From Aestuariivirga sp. (GTDB lineage: Bacteria > Pseudomonadota > Alphaproteobacteria > Rhizobiales > Aestuariivirgaceae), in contig NZ_JADCDB010000017.1 in the NCBI RefSeq assembly GCF_020252395.1, positions 5,710 to 69,709 on the forward strand: a stretch of 64,000 nucleotides of DNA, in the 5' to 3' direction. The position numbers were made by a program, and so were the translations under genes. How positions within the stretch are numbered: the first letter of the stretch is position 1; every line of letters begins with the position of its first letter. Shown one piece after another: positions 1 through 9,505 of this stretch. The notes beneath the pieces were generated by a model. It did not search any database and was not told the DNA's origin. It was given only the letters and a program-made list of their open reading frames with translations.

Positions 1-1406
1 GTGACGTCGAGGCCAAGCGCGACGACATGTTTGCGGGCGCCATCATCAACTCCACCGAATCTCGCGCCGTCCTTCACACCGCGCTCCGCAACCGCGCCAA
101 CACGCCGGTGAAGGTCAACGGCAAGGACGTGATGCCGGACGTCAACGCCGTGCTCGCCGCCATGACGGACTTCGCGGAGAGCGTACGCCGCTCGAAGATC
201 GCCGACGTCGTGAACATCGGCATCGGCGGCTCGGACTTGGGTCCCGCCATGACGACCCTCGCGCTGGCGCCCTATCACGACGGCCCGCGCCTTCACTATG
301 TCTCGAATGTCGACGGCGCCCACATCGCCGATACATTGAAGCTCCTGACGCCCGAGACGACGCTGTTCCTCATCGCGTCCAAGACCTTCACCACCATCGA
401 GACCATGACCAACGCGCAGACGGCGCGCAAATGGATCTCGGAGAAGCTGGGCGAACGACATGTGGGCGAGCATTTCGCTGCCATTTCCACCGCCAATCCC
501 AAGGTCAAGGCCTTCGGCATTGCGGAGGACCGCATCTTCGGCTTCTGGGACTGGGTGGGCGGCCGCTATTCGATCTGGTCGGCCATCGGCCTGCCGCTGA
601 TGATCGCCATCGGCCCCGAACGCTTCATCGAATTTCTTGACGGCGGTCATGCGATGGACCGCCACTTCCGCGAAGCGCCTGTGCTCGACAATCTGCCCAT
701 GCTCATGGGCCTTCTCGGCGTGTGGCACCGGAACATCTGCGGCTATCCCTCGCGCGCCATCATTCCCTATGACCAGCGCCTGTCGCGCTTTCCCGCCTAT
801 CTGCAGCAGCTCGACATGGAATCGAACGGCAAGCGCGTCACGAAATCGGGTAAGCCCGTGAAGGGCGGCACTGGCCCCATCGTCTGGGGCGAGCCCGGCA
901 CCAACGGCCAGCACGCATTCTTCCAGCTGCTGCACCAGGGCACCGGCATCATCCCCGTCGAATTCCTGATCGCCGCCGAACCGCATGAACCTGGCGGTAT
1001 GGCCGGGCACCACGCGCTGCTCGTCGCCAACTGCCTGGCTCAGTCACAGGCCCTCATGCTGGGCCGCACAGAGAGGGAAGCGGAGGCGCAGCTTCTCGCC
1101 ATGGGCAAGAGCAAGTCGGAGGCGAAGGCGCTCGCCCCGCACCGCGTCTTCACCGGCAACCGTCCTTCGGTGACTCTCGCTTACAAGCGGCTCGACCCCT
1201 TCACGCTCGGCCGCCTCATCGCGCTTTACGAACACCGCGTGTTCGTCGAGGCCGCCATCTGGAACATCAACGCCTTCGACCAATGGGGCGTGGAACTCGG
1301 CAAGGAACTGGCCACGGGGCTGCAGCCGGTGGTGGAAGGCAAGAAGAGCGCCGGGGGGCTGGATTCGTCCACTGCGGGGTTGGTGACGTTCCTGCGCGGT
1401 TTCTGA
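1..1406 (+). CDS. pgi: glucose-6-phosphate isomerase, 5' end cut by the window edge
   Basis: ORF 27..1406 stays open in frame back to nt 3 ([12 protein letters not shown]...). PGI-type motifs are visible: [41 protein letters not shown]. Confidence 0.93.
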   Translation, partial: DVEAKRDDMFAGAIINSTESRAVLHTALRNRANTPVKVNGKDVMPDVNAVLAAMTDFAESVRRSKIADVVNIGIGGSDLGPAMTTLALAPYHDGPRLHYVSNVDGAHIADTLKLLTPETTLFLIASKTFTTIETMTNAQTARKWISEKLGERHVGEHFAAISTANPKVKAFGIAEDRIFGFWDWVGGRYSIWSAIGLPLMIAIGPERFIEFLDGGHAMDRHFREAPVLDNLPMLMGLLGVWHRNICGYPSRAIIPYDQRLSRFPAYLQQLDMESNGKRVTKSGKPVKGGTGPIVWGEPGTNGQHAFFQLLHQGTGIIPVEFLIAAEPHEPGGMAGHHALLVANCLAQSQALMLGRTEREAEAQLLAMGKSKSEAKALAPHRVFTGNRPSVTLAYKRLDPFTLGRLIALYEHRVFVEAAIWNINAFDQWGVELGKELATGLQPVVEGKKSAGGLDSSTAGLVTFLRGF

Positions 1407-1411
1407 CCGCG

Positions 1412-3181
1412 TCAGAACATCGCCTCATCCATCTCCATCGCGGGGCCCGCCCCGGCGAGAATCTTCGCATGCAGTGCTGCTGAGTCCGGCAAGACCCGTT
1501 GCATGAAGAAGCGCGCAGTGGCGAGCTTGGCGCGGTGGAAGCCGGCATTGCTCCTGGGCAGCGACACGTCCGCAGCGCGGGCGAAGAGATAGGCCACCGC
1601 AGTGAGTGCAAGAAGCCGTGTGTAATCGACTGCCGCGGCCCCCACCTCTTCCGGGTGCGTGCCCGCCCGTTCGCGGATCACGCGCGTCGCATCCTCCAGA
1701 AGATCGAAGCTCGCCGCCAGCGGCTCCACGAATTCGGCCAGCGCGTCATTGCCCTCGTGGCGCCCGACGAAAGCCTCGACCGGCGTGGCGAAACTGCCGA
1801 ACAGATCGAGATGCAACACCTTGCGGCCCAACAGGTCCATCGCCTGAATGCCGTTGGCGCCTTCGTAGATCGGCGTGATGCGCACGTCCCGCGCATATTG
1901 CTCCTGGCCATTGGCGCGGATGAAGCCATGCCCGCCCAGCACCTGCATGCCGATATTGGCCACCTCCACGCCGCTGTCGGTGAGGAAGGCCTTCACCACC
2001 GGCGTCATCAACGCCACCATGTCGCCGGCCTGCTTCCGAACCGCAGCATCGCCGTGCCGCTCGGACACATCCAGCGCCTGTGCCGTCCACAGCGCCAGCA
2101 TGCGGCAGCCTTCGGTGAGCGCGCGCTGCGTCATCAGCATGCGGCGCACGTCGGGGTGGACGATGATCGGGTCGGCGGGCTCTCCCGCATCCCGCGCGCC
2201 GCCCGGCGCGCGCCCCTGCAGCCGCTCGCGCGCATAGGCGGCCGCGTTCCGGTAGGAGGCTTCGGCAATGGCGAGGCCATGGATACCCACCGCGATGCGC
2301 TCGGTGTTCATCATTGCGAACATGGCCTTGAGGCCCTGGTGCGGTTCACCCACCAGCCAGCCGGTGGCGCCGTCGAAATTCATCACACAGGTGGGGCAGC
2401 CATGGATGCCCATCTTGTGCTCCACCGAGCCGCAGGCCACCGCATTGCGCGCACCGAGCGAGCCATCGTCCTTCACCAGCACCTTCGGGACAAGGAACAG
2501 GCTGATGCCCTTGGTGCCCTTCGGCGCATCCGGCATGCGGGCCAGCACGAGATAGATGATGTTCTCGGTCAGGTCATGCTCGCCCGCCGAGATGAAGATC
2601 TTTGTTCCGGTGAGCGCATGGGAGCCATCACCATTCGGCGCCGCCATCGTCCTCAGCAACCCGAGGTCGGTGCCGCAATGCGCCTCGGTGAGGCACATGG
2701 AGCCCGCCCATTCGCCGCTTGCGAGCTTCGGCGCATAAAGCGCCTTCTGCTCCGCGCTGCCATGCTGGGCCAAGGCCACATAGGCGCCGCGCGTCAGGCC
2801 GGGGAACAGGCCGAAAGACAGGTTCGCGCCGTTGATCATTTCCTCGAACAGGACATTCACCATATGCGGCATGCCCTGCCCGCCATGCTCCGGGCTTGCG
2901 GTCAGCGCGGGCCAGCCGCCGTCGACCAGCCGCCTGTATGCCTCCTTGAATCCCTTCGGCGTTGTCACCACGCCGGAGTCGAAATGCACGCCCTCCTCGT
3001 CGGCACTGCGATGGAGCGGATAGAGCACTTCCGAGGAGAACCGCGCCGACTGCTCCAGCACGGCCCCGATCACATCGCGCGTGCAATGCCCGAAGCCGGG
3101 CAGTTGCGCATGGGTCTCGAAATCGAGAAGGTCGTAAAGCGTATAGAGGTGGTCAGCGAGCGGCGGGGCGAACACGGGCAT
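1412..3181 (-). CDS. long-form acyl-CoA dehydrogenase (589 aa)
   Basis: ORF 1412..3181. ACAD-like segments are present: LTEAHCGTDLG, KIFISAGEHD, VLGGHGFIRANGQEQYARDVRITPIYEGANGIQA. It also has the extra C-terminal helical domain typical of roughly 590-aa alphaproteobacterial ACADs. Confidence 0.85.
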   Translation of the reverse strand: MPVFAPPLADHLYTLYDLLDFETHAQLPGFGHCTRDVIGAVLEQSARFSSEVLYPLHRSADEEGVHFDSGVVTTPKGFKEAYRRLVDGGWPALTASPEHGGQGMPHMVNVLFEEMINGANLSFGLFPGLTRGAYVALAQHGSAEQKALYAPKLASGEWAGSMCLTEAHCGTDLGLLRTMAAPNGDGSHALTGTKIFISAGEHDLTENIIYLVLARMPDAPKGTKGISLFLVPKVLVKDDGSLGARNAVACGSVEHKMGIHGCPTCVMNFDGATGWLVGEPHQGLKAMFAMMNTERIAVGIHGLAIAEASYRNAAAYARERLQGRAPGGARDAGEPADPIIVHPDVRRMLMTQRALTEGCRMLALWTAQALDVSERHGDAAVRKQAGDMVALMTPVVKAFLTDSGVEVANIGMQVLGGHGFIRANGQEQYARDVRITPIYEGANGIQAMDLLGRKVLHLDLFGSFATPVEAFVGRHEGNDALAEFVEPLAASFDLLEDATRVIRERAGTHPEEVGAAAVDYTRLLALTAVAYLFARAADVSLPRSNAGFHRAKLATARFFMQRVLPDSAALHAKILAGAGPAMEMDEAMF

Positions 3182-3191
3182 GACCCGGAGT

Positions 3192-4580
3192 TCAGCACTC
3201 CACCACGTTCACCGCAAGCCCGCCGGTGGAGGTTTCCTTATAGCGCTCGCTCATGTCGAGCCCCGTCTGGCGCATGGTTTCGACACAGGTGTCGAGCGGC
3301 ACGAAATGGGTGCCATCGCCGCGCAGCGCGAGGGAGGCCGCCGTCACCGCCTTCACCGCGCCGAAGGCGTTGCGCTCGATGCAGGGCACCTGAACGAGGC
3401 CACCCACGGGATCGCAAGTCATGCCGAGATGGTGTTCGAGCGCGATCTCGGCCGCATTCTCCACCTGCTCGTTCGTCCCACCCAGCGCCGCGCACAGGCC
3501 GGCAGAGGCCATGGCGGAGGCGGAGCCCACCTCGCCCTGGCAGCCCACTTCCGCGCCCGAGATCGAGGCATTGTGCTTGATGAGGCCGCCGATCGCCGCC
3601 GCGGCGAGCAGGAAGGTGCGGATGCCCTTCCCGTCGGCGCCCAGGCAATGGTCGAGGTAATAGCGGATGGTGGCGGGGATGACGCCCGCCGCCCCATTGG
3701 TGGGTGCGGTGACGACCTTGCCGCCCGCCGCATTCTCCTCGTTCACCGCCATGGCATAGACCGAGAGCCAGTCCATCAGCTGGTGCGGCTGGATGGCATT
3801 GTTGCCCTTCTCTTGGCTGAGCTTGGCATGGATCTCCGCCGCACGGCGCTTCACCTTCAACCCGCCCGGCAGCGTGCCGGTCTGGCGAAGCCCGCGGTTC
3901 ATGCAGTCGCGCATCGCATGCCAGATGCGGTCGAGATTGGCGTCGAGCTGGTCCGGCGTCTGCGCCACCTGCTCGTTCGCCCGCTTCATCTCGACAATCG
4001 AAAGGCCGGAGCGCTTGCCCATCTCCAGCATCTCGGCGGCAGTGCGGAACGGGTAGGGCACGTCAACCGCCGGCTTCTCGGCCTTGCCCGCGGCGATGCT
4101 CTGGGCGCGCTCGGCCTCGGTCTGCACGAAACCGCCGCCGATCGAGAAATAGGTTTCCTGCAGCAGCACGTTGTTGTCATCGTCGAGGATGCGGAACACC
4201 ATGCCATTGGCATGGCCCTTCAACGCCGGGCCGAAGTCGAAGATCACGTCGGTCGCCGGGTTGAAACCCACCGCGAAGTCATCGGCCACCTGAACGCACC
4301 CCCGCTCCGCCATCTGGCGCAGCACGTCGTCGACGCGATCGGGGTCCATGGTTTGCGGCTTTTCGCCGGCAAGCCCCAGGATCACCGCCCGGTCCGTGCC
4401 GTGGCCCTTGCCGGTGAAGGCCAGCGAGCCATGCAGCGTCACCGTCAGCCGCCCGGTGCGCGGCAGCGAGGCGGACGATGCAAGGCCGAGAAACCGCTCG
4501 GCCGCCACCATCGGCCCCACCGTGTGGGAGGAGGACGGCCCGATGCCGATCTTGAAAATGTCGAAGACGGAGAGGAACAT
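3192..4580 (-). CDS. sdaA: L-serine ammonia-lyase (L-serine dehydratase, single-chain Fe-S type)
   Basis: The N-terminus [24 protein letters not shown] and the segment [17 protein letters not shown] are characteristic of SdaA. Length is 462 aa. Confidence 0.93.
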   Translation of the reverse strand: MFLSVFDIFKIGIGPSSSHTVGPMVAAERFLGLASSASLPRTGRLTVTLHGSLAFTGKGHGTDRAVILGLAGEKPQTMDPDRVDDVLRQMAERGCVQVADDFAVGFNPATDVIFDFGPALKGHANGMVFRILDDDNNVLLQETYFSIGGGFVQTEAERAQSIAAGKAEKPAVDVPYPFRTAAEMLEMGKRSGLSIVEMKRANEQVAQTPDQLDANLDRIWHAMRDCMNRGLRQTGTLPGGLKVKRRAAEIHAKLSQEKGNNAIQPHQLMDWLSVYAMAVNEENAAGGKVVTAPTNGAAGVIPATIRYYLDHCLGADGKGIRTFLLAAAAIGGLIKHNASISGAEVGCQGEVGSASAMASAGLCAALGGTNEQVENAAEIALEHHLGMTCDPVGGLVQVPCIERNAFGAVKAVTAASLALRGDGTHFVPLDTCVETMRQTGLDMSERYKETSTGGLAVNVVEC

Positions 4581-4943
4581 GGCAACCAGAAATCATTGTT
4601 CGGAACCGGCAGCATAGCCGCTTCTGCCGCTTCTTGCGCCATAAACGTCTGGCTGGGGAGGGAAGCCAGTCGCAGCCGCCTGTGTCTCCCGTCCACCCCG
4701 GCGAAGCAGGAAACGGGAATCGCCATCCTCCGCCCTCCCGGCTCCGCCAGCCCGGCGCATGCTGGGGGCTGGCTTGATCCACGCCAGCACACCGGCCATA
4801 ATGGGAACTTGCTTGGATAATTCAGGAATCGGAAGGATTCGCGAGAATTCGAATTCAGATGCTTCCGAATCGCGTGACCGGCAATCATGACCGCCGGCGT
4901 TTCCTTGTGGCGAATTTCTCCGAAAGCACTAGATTAGCGGTTC

Positions 4944-7900
4944 GTGAGCGATCTTTTTCTGATCTCGGGGGTTGATCTCCCGCACAGCGGCGGTGGCCCG
5001 GGGCCAAGGCCCCCGATGCGAAGGCCTGCGCGTGTACCGCTTGTCACCCCCAGGGTTCTTGAGGGTGCGATCCAACGCACCGTGTTCAAGCCCTCCGAGG
5101 GCCAGCTCGCAGCCGCGAAGAAGTATGCGCGCATCGCCAGGAGCGCCAATTTCGCCAGGCAAAAGGAAGTCAGCGTCCGCGACATCTTTTACACGGACAT
5201 TCTCGGAACCATTCTCGGTTACTCGCGCTACGATCCCGAGAAGACCTACTCCCTGCATCTCGAGAAGGGCATCCGCACTGGTTCCGCGGATGCCGCGCTC
5301 GGGCGCTTCTCCGATGCCCAAGGCGATCGGCTCGTTGCGCCCCTGGAAATGAAGGGTCCTGCCTTCCGCGACCTGGATGCCATCATGCCAGGCCGGGGCA
5401 AAAGCCCGGTGCAGCAGGCGTGGGAATATGCCGTCGATTCTCCTGGCGTCTCCTGGGTGCTCGTCTCGAATTGCATCGAACTGCGGCTTTATCGCTTCGG
5501 CCGCGGGCGGGACGCCTATGAAAGCTTCGATCTCCGCCTGATCGATGACCCGGACCACCTCCGCCGCCTCATGCTGTTGCTCAGCGCGCAGCATCTGCTC
5601 GATGGCCACACGGAAGCGCTGCTCATCGAAACCGACAACGCGCTGCGGTCCGTCACGGACGAACTCTACAAGCAGTATCGAAAGCTGCGCGATGAAGTCC
5701 TCGCCTTCCTCACCTCGGCGGATGGCGGCCCCAGGCTCAACCGGCGCGCCGCCATCGAGCCGGTGCAGAAGCTGCTCGATCGCGTGCTGTTCATCGCCTT
5801 CGGCGGCGGAACGGGCCTGCTTCCGCAGCGCCTGCTTCAGAAGGCGGCGAAGGAACAAAGCTCGTGGCGTCCCGTGCCGGTGTGGGATAATTTTCAGCAG
5901 CTCTTCCGTTTCATCGACAAGGGCAGCGGCCCGCCCTTGCAGATCTGGGCCTATAATGGCGGGCTTTTTGCGCCCGATCCCGTGCTCGATGCCATCGTGC
6001 TGCCCGATCATCTGGCGCAGGCCGTGGCCGATATCGGCAATTGGGATTTCGGCAGCGAAATTCCGGTTACGGTTCTGGGCCGCATCTTCGAACAGTCCAT
6101 CACCGACCTCGAAAAGCTGCGCGCCGAGGCTGAAGGCCGCCCCGCGCCGGACGTCGGCAAGGTTAAGAAGGAAGGCGTCGTTTACACGCCGGATCACATT
6201 GCCCGCTTCCTGGTCGAACAGACGGCCGGCAAGACGTTGGCGGAGCGTTTCGCTGCGCTGCTCAAGCAGCACACCGGCCGCGATTCCCTTCCAAAGTCGG
6301 ATGACGATACACTGTGGCCAAGCCCCGGGGCCGAAGCCCGCTTCTGGCAGGATTATCTGGAGGTTCTTCGGTCGCTCAAGGTGCTGGACCCCGCCTGCGG
6401 GTCCGGCGCGTTCCTTGCCGCCGCATTCGATGTGCTGGCGGCGGACTATGCGCGGGTGCTCAACCGCCTCGACGAACTGAAGGTCCACACCGGCCTTGAC
6501 GCCTTCGACGAAATACTGGGCCGCAACCTCTTCGGCGTCGACCTCAACATCGAGTCGGTCGAAATCACCCGCCTGTCGCTGTGGCTCAAAACGGCGCGCC
6601 AGAAGCACCGGCTTGCCAGCCTGGATGAGACCATCAGGGACGGCAACAGCCTGATTGGCGAGAAGAACTATGCCGACCGTCCCTTCGCCTGGGATGGCCG
6701 CTTCGCCGATATCTTGAAGCAGGGGGGCTTCGACATTGTCATCGGCAACCCGCCCTATGTCCGGATGGAGCTACTCAAGGACCAGAAGCCCTATTTCAGC
6801 AAGCATTACGAAGTGGCGGACGAACGCACCGACCTCTACGCCTATTTCTTCGAAAAGGGCGTGGATGTGCTGAAGCCCGGCGGGCGGTTGGGCTATATCT
6901 CCTCGTCCAGTTTTTTCCGCACCGGCTCCGGCGTCAAGCTGCGCGCCCTCATGGCCGAAGAAACCGAAGTCGAAACCGTCATCGATTTCGGCGACGAGCA
7001 GATTTTCGAAGGCGTCACCACCTATCCCGCCATCATCACGGCGCGCAAACTCGCCAAGGACGAGCAGCCCGCGGGCGAGTTGCGCTTTTTCAACATCAGA
7101 AAACTGCCGCCGGACTTGGGCTCAGCCTTTCAGGCCCAGTCGCAAGCCATGCCGCGAAACCGGCTGGGCTCCGCCTCATGGCAATTCGAAAGCGATGCCC
7201 TGGCGCGGCTGCGGGACAAGATCGCCAAGGGCCGAAAGACATTGGGCGAGGTCTATGGCGCGCCTTTGCGGGGCATCATAACGGGCCTGAACGACGCTTT
7301 CATCATTAACACGCCAACGCGTGACCGGTTGATTGCCCGCGATCCGAAATCGGCCGATCTATTAAAGCCGTTCCTCAAGGGCGAACACATCAAGCGCTGG
7401 CGCGTGGAGCCGGAGGGCTTGTTCCTCATCAACATCCCAAAAGGCAAGATCAGCATCGATGATTATCCGGCTATTCGGGATCATCTGTTTCCATTCAAAG
7501 CGGAACTGGAGAGGCGCGCAACAAAGCAGGAGTGGTTTGAGCTTCAACAGGCGCAGCTTGCGTATCAGAAAAAATTCTTACTACCGAAGATATCTTATCC
7601 CCATTTTCAGAACAGCAGAATGTTCTGCCTAGAAATTGATGGTTCCTTTTCGAATGATAAGTCCTACTTTATCCCAACTGGCGACCTTGCGCTCCTTGCG
7701 TATCTGAATTCGAACGTTTCTTGGGTTTTCCTGTGTGGAGTTTCGCCTGCTGTTCGAAACGGGTGGCATGAAATGAGGGTTCAGTATGTTGAGAGTTTGC
7801 CGCTCGCCAATCTTACGGCGGCAACTGAAGCTGCTCTGATCGATCTCGCGCAAATCTGTACCGAACTCTCGCGCGAAAGCTTCCAGATTAGCCGAGCGGT

Positions 7901-8204
7901 ATATCTCCGTGTCGTCGCTGACCTGGCTAAAGGTAGAGCAGTTTCTGCAAAACTGCAGGAGTGGTATCAACTCGCTTTCGCTCAGTTCCGCTCCGAAGTG
8001 AAGCGAGTCTTTAGGGCGGATATTCCGGTCCGCGAGCGCGCCGAATGGGAGGCCTATCTCACGGAGGAAGGCACAAAGGTGAAGGCGCTTTCGGCTCAGA
8101 TCGCAGCCGCCGAAGCAGAGATCAACCGTCTCGTTTATGCTGCCTTCGATCTCACCGATCCGGAAATTTCTTTGCTGGAAGAGTCGCTCGCCGGTCAGTT
8201 GTAA
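4944..8204 (+). CDS. single-polypeptide Type IIG/IIL restriction-modification enzyme (MmeI-like: N-terminal nuclease, gamma-class N6-adenine methyltransferase, TaqI_C-like specificity domain)
   Basis: There is a D...ExK nuclease-like motif (ADAALGRF...VAPLEMKGPAFRDLD...QQAWEYA). The SAM motif I is VLDPACGSGAFL and the catalytic motif IV is IGNPPYVR. The TRD-like segment reads LRGIITGLNDAFIINTP...IKRW. The start is uncertain: GTG 4944 or ATG 5016. Confidence 0.85.
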   Translation: MSDLFLISGVDLPHSGGGPGPRPPMRRPARVPLVTPRVLEGAIQRTVFKPSEGQLAAAKKYARIARSANFARQKEVSVRDIFYTDILGTILGYSRYDPEKTYSLHLEKGIRTGSADAALGRFSDAQGDRLVAPLEMKGPAFRDLDAIMPGRGKSPVQQAWEYAVDSPGVSWVLVSNCIELRLYRFGRGRDAYESFDLRLIDDPDHLRRLMLLLSAQHLLDGHTEALLIETDNALRSVTDELYKQYRKLRDEVLAFLTSADGGPRLNRRAAIEPVQKLLDRVLFIAFGGGTGLLPQRLLQKAAKEQSSWRPVPVWDNFQQLFRFIDKGSGPPLQIWAYNGGLFAPDPVLDAIVLPDHLAQAVADIGNWDFGSEIPVTVLGRIFEQSITDLEKLRAEAEGRPAPDVGKVKKEGVVYTPDHIARFLVEQTAGKTLAERFAALLKQHTGRDSLPKSDDDTLWPSPGAEARFWQDYLEVLRSLKVLDPACGSGAFLAAAFDVLAADYARVLNRLDELKVHTGLDAFDEILGRNLFGVDLNIESVEITRLSLWLKTARQKHRLASLDETIRDGNSLIGEKNYADRPFAWDGRFADILKQGGFDIVIGNPPYVRMELLKDQKPYFSKHYEVADERTDLYAYFFEKGVDVLKPGGRLGYISSSSFFRTGSGVKLRALMAEETEVETVIDFGDEQIFEGVTTYPAIITARKLAKDEQPAGELRFFNIRKLPPDLGSAFQAQSQAMPRNRLGSASWQFESDALARLRDKIAKGRKTLGEVYGAPLRGIITGLNDAFIINTPTRDRLIARDPKSADLLKPFLKGEHIKRWRVEPEGLFLINIPKGKISIDDYPAIRDHLFPFKAELERRATKQEWFELQQAQLAYQKKFLLPKISYPHFQNSRMFCLEIDGSFSNDKSYFIPTGDLALLAYLNSNVSWVFLCGVSPAVRNGWHEMRVQYVESLPLANLTAATEAALIDLAQICTELSRESFQISRAVYLRVVADLAKGRAVSAKLQEWYQLAFAQFRSEVKRVFRADIPVRERAEWEAYLTEEGTKVKALSAQIAAAEAEINRLVYAAFDLTDPEISLLEESLAGQL

Positions 8205-8573
8205 CTTCGCCCGTGGAGCGTCAAACCCTCACTGCCAGAGCCCGCATCGGCTTCATCGCCGTCGACGACGGCGGCGCCCTTTTCGCGCTGCGCCGCACTG
8301 CGTGAACATGCATCAACCGCCCCGTCGTGAGCAGGGCAACCGCGCATGGCCTTCCCCACAAAGGGGATGAAAATCCTATCGCCAGCCGCTTGCGGGGGCG
8401 GGACGGCGAAGAGTTCCGTCGTCCCCTGTCGCCGCGCATGGGCGGCGGAAACGGGTGGTGCGGCGGGCGCGGGGGAGCGCCACCGCCGGTGGCCATTCCC
8501 GAATTGCAGTTCCCGCTTGCCGCGCCCCGTGCTCAAATGCCGGGCAAGGGAGCTGACGGGGATATCCGCTACC

Positions 8574-9440
8574 ATGTTTGCCGTGCTTTTCGGCGTGTTC
8601 GCCGCGCTGTGCTGGTCTGTCCATGACGTGATTGCGCGGTCGATTGTTGGCGCGGTGGGCGGCTTCCGCACCGCGGCCTGGGTGATGGTGTCGGGCTTCA
8701 TCCTGCTCTCGGCCTATGTGCTGTGGGAGGGCAGCGTCTGGCAGGCCTCCGGCCCCGCCATCTTCTCCGGCCTGGCTCTTGGCTTTGCCTATGGCTTCGG
8801 GGTGGGCGGGCTGTTCAAGGCCTTCAGCCTGGGGCCTGTGTCGCTGGTGGGGCCGATCACGGCGGGCTACCCAGTGCTCGCCGTGCTGTGGGGCGTGTTC
8901 AACGGTTTGGAGCCGACACCTTTGCAATGGGCTTGTGTCGGAGCGACACTGTTGGGCACCATTATCGTGGCACGATCCGGCGAGCCCGATGGCGGCATCA
9001 ATGCTGTGGCGCCCGGCAAGATGCCAGTGCTGCTGTTCTTCGCGGTCATGGCGGTGCTGGGCTATTCGTCCTCCATCGTGCTGGGCCAGCAGGCGGCGCT
9101 GACCGTGGGCGAGGTCGATGCCACCTGGCTGTCGCGGCCCGTCGCGCTGCTGGTGCTGCTGCCCTTCGCCTTTCTCGATGGCAGGCGTTCGGTATTGACC
9201 CGAAACCAATGGATCGGGATCTTCGTTATGGGCGGGCTCGATGTACTGGGCGTCATCGCCGTCAATGCCTCGGGCCATTTTCCCGGCAAGGAGTTCGCCG
9301 GCATCGGTATTTCGGCCTATGGCGCGCTCTCGGTCATCATGGCGATGATCTTCCTCAAGGAAAAAGTTTCGCCCGGGCAGTGGCTGGGACTGGCCATGAT
9401 CGTGCTCGGCGTGGCAACAATGTCGGTGACCCAGAATTGA
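8574..9440 (+). CDS. DMT/EamA-family membrane transporter
   Basis: The polytopic hydrophobic protein starts MFAVLFGVFAALCWSVHDV at ATG 8574. The upstream part of ORF 8346.. is non-membrane, R/A/G/C-rich, coding-unlike sequence and is treated as a spurious extension. Confidence 0.72.
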   Translation: MFAVLFGVFAALCWSVHDVIARSIVGAVGGFRTAAWVMVSGFILLSAYVLWEGSVWQASGPAIFSGLALGFAYGFGVGGLFKAFSLGPVSLVGPITAGYPVLAVLWGVFNGLEPTPLQWACVGATLLGTIIVARSGEPDGGINAVAPGKMPVLLFFAVMAVLGYSSSIVLGQQAALTVGEVDATWLSRPVALLVLLPFAFLDGRRSVLTRNQWIGIFVMGGLDVLGVIAVNASGHFPGKEFAGIGISAYGALSVIMAMIFLKEKVSPGQWLGLAMIVLGVATMSVTQN

Positions 9441-9505
9441 GGTGGATTAAGTCAGACCACCTGATTTATCTTCGCGGCGATGACGGCAGGACCCGAGACA
9501 TACCC

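Noticed and set aside
1499-3580. 693-aa plus-strand ORF
   Set aside because: It lies almost entirely antisense to the well-supported acyl-CoA dehydrogenase (and runs into sdaA). The translation is Arg/Ala/Gly/His/Pro-rich low-complexity sequence with no motifs. This is the typical stop-codon-poor antisense frame of a high-GC genome.
3180-4820. 546-aa plus-strand ORF
   Set aside because: It is antisense to sdaA and has the same high-GC artefact signature.
4846-4857. Tandem GAATTCGAATTC in the AT-richer sdaA-RM spacer
   Set aside because: It is too short to distinguish from chance. I found no matching repeat on the other side of the RM gene that would mark island boundaries.
4929-6608. 559-aa minus-strand ORF overlapping the RM gene
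   Set aside because: It is antisense to the motif-bearing methyltransferase frame and has no recognisable domains. It ends where the RM gene becomes AT-rich, as expected for a composition artefact.
4944-8204. BREX PglX or another multi-gene defence methyltransferase
   Set aside because: The domain layout resembles PglX. However, no brxA/B/C, pglZ, brxL or DISARM genes flank it, since the neighbours are sdaA and a transporter. An N-terminal D...ExK motif is also present, which favours a stand-alone Type IIL enzyme.
8346-8573. Upstream extension of the EamA ORF, together with the 8723..9505 extension of the glgP ORF
   Set aside because: The translations are non-membrane or non-phosphorylase sequences rich in R/G/A/C/W. 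The conserved N-termini begin at ATG 8574 and ATG 9506.
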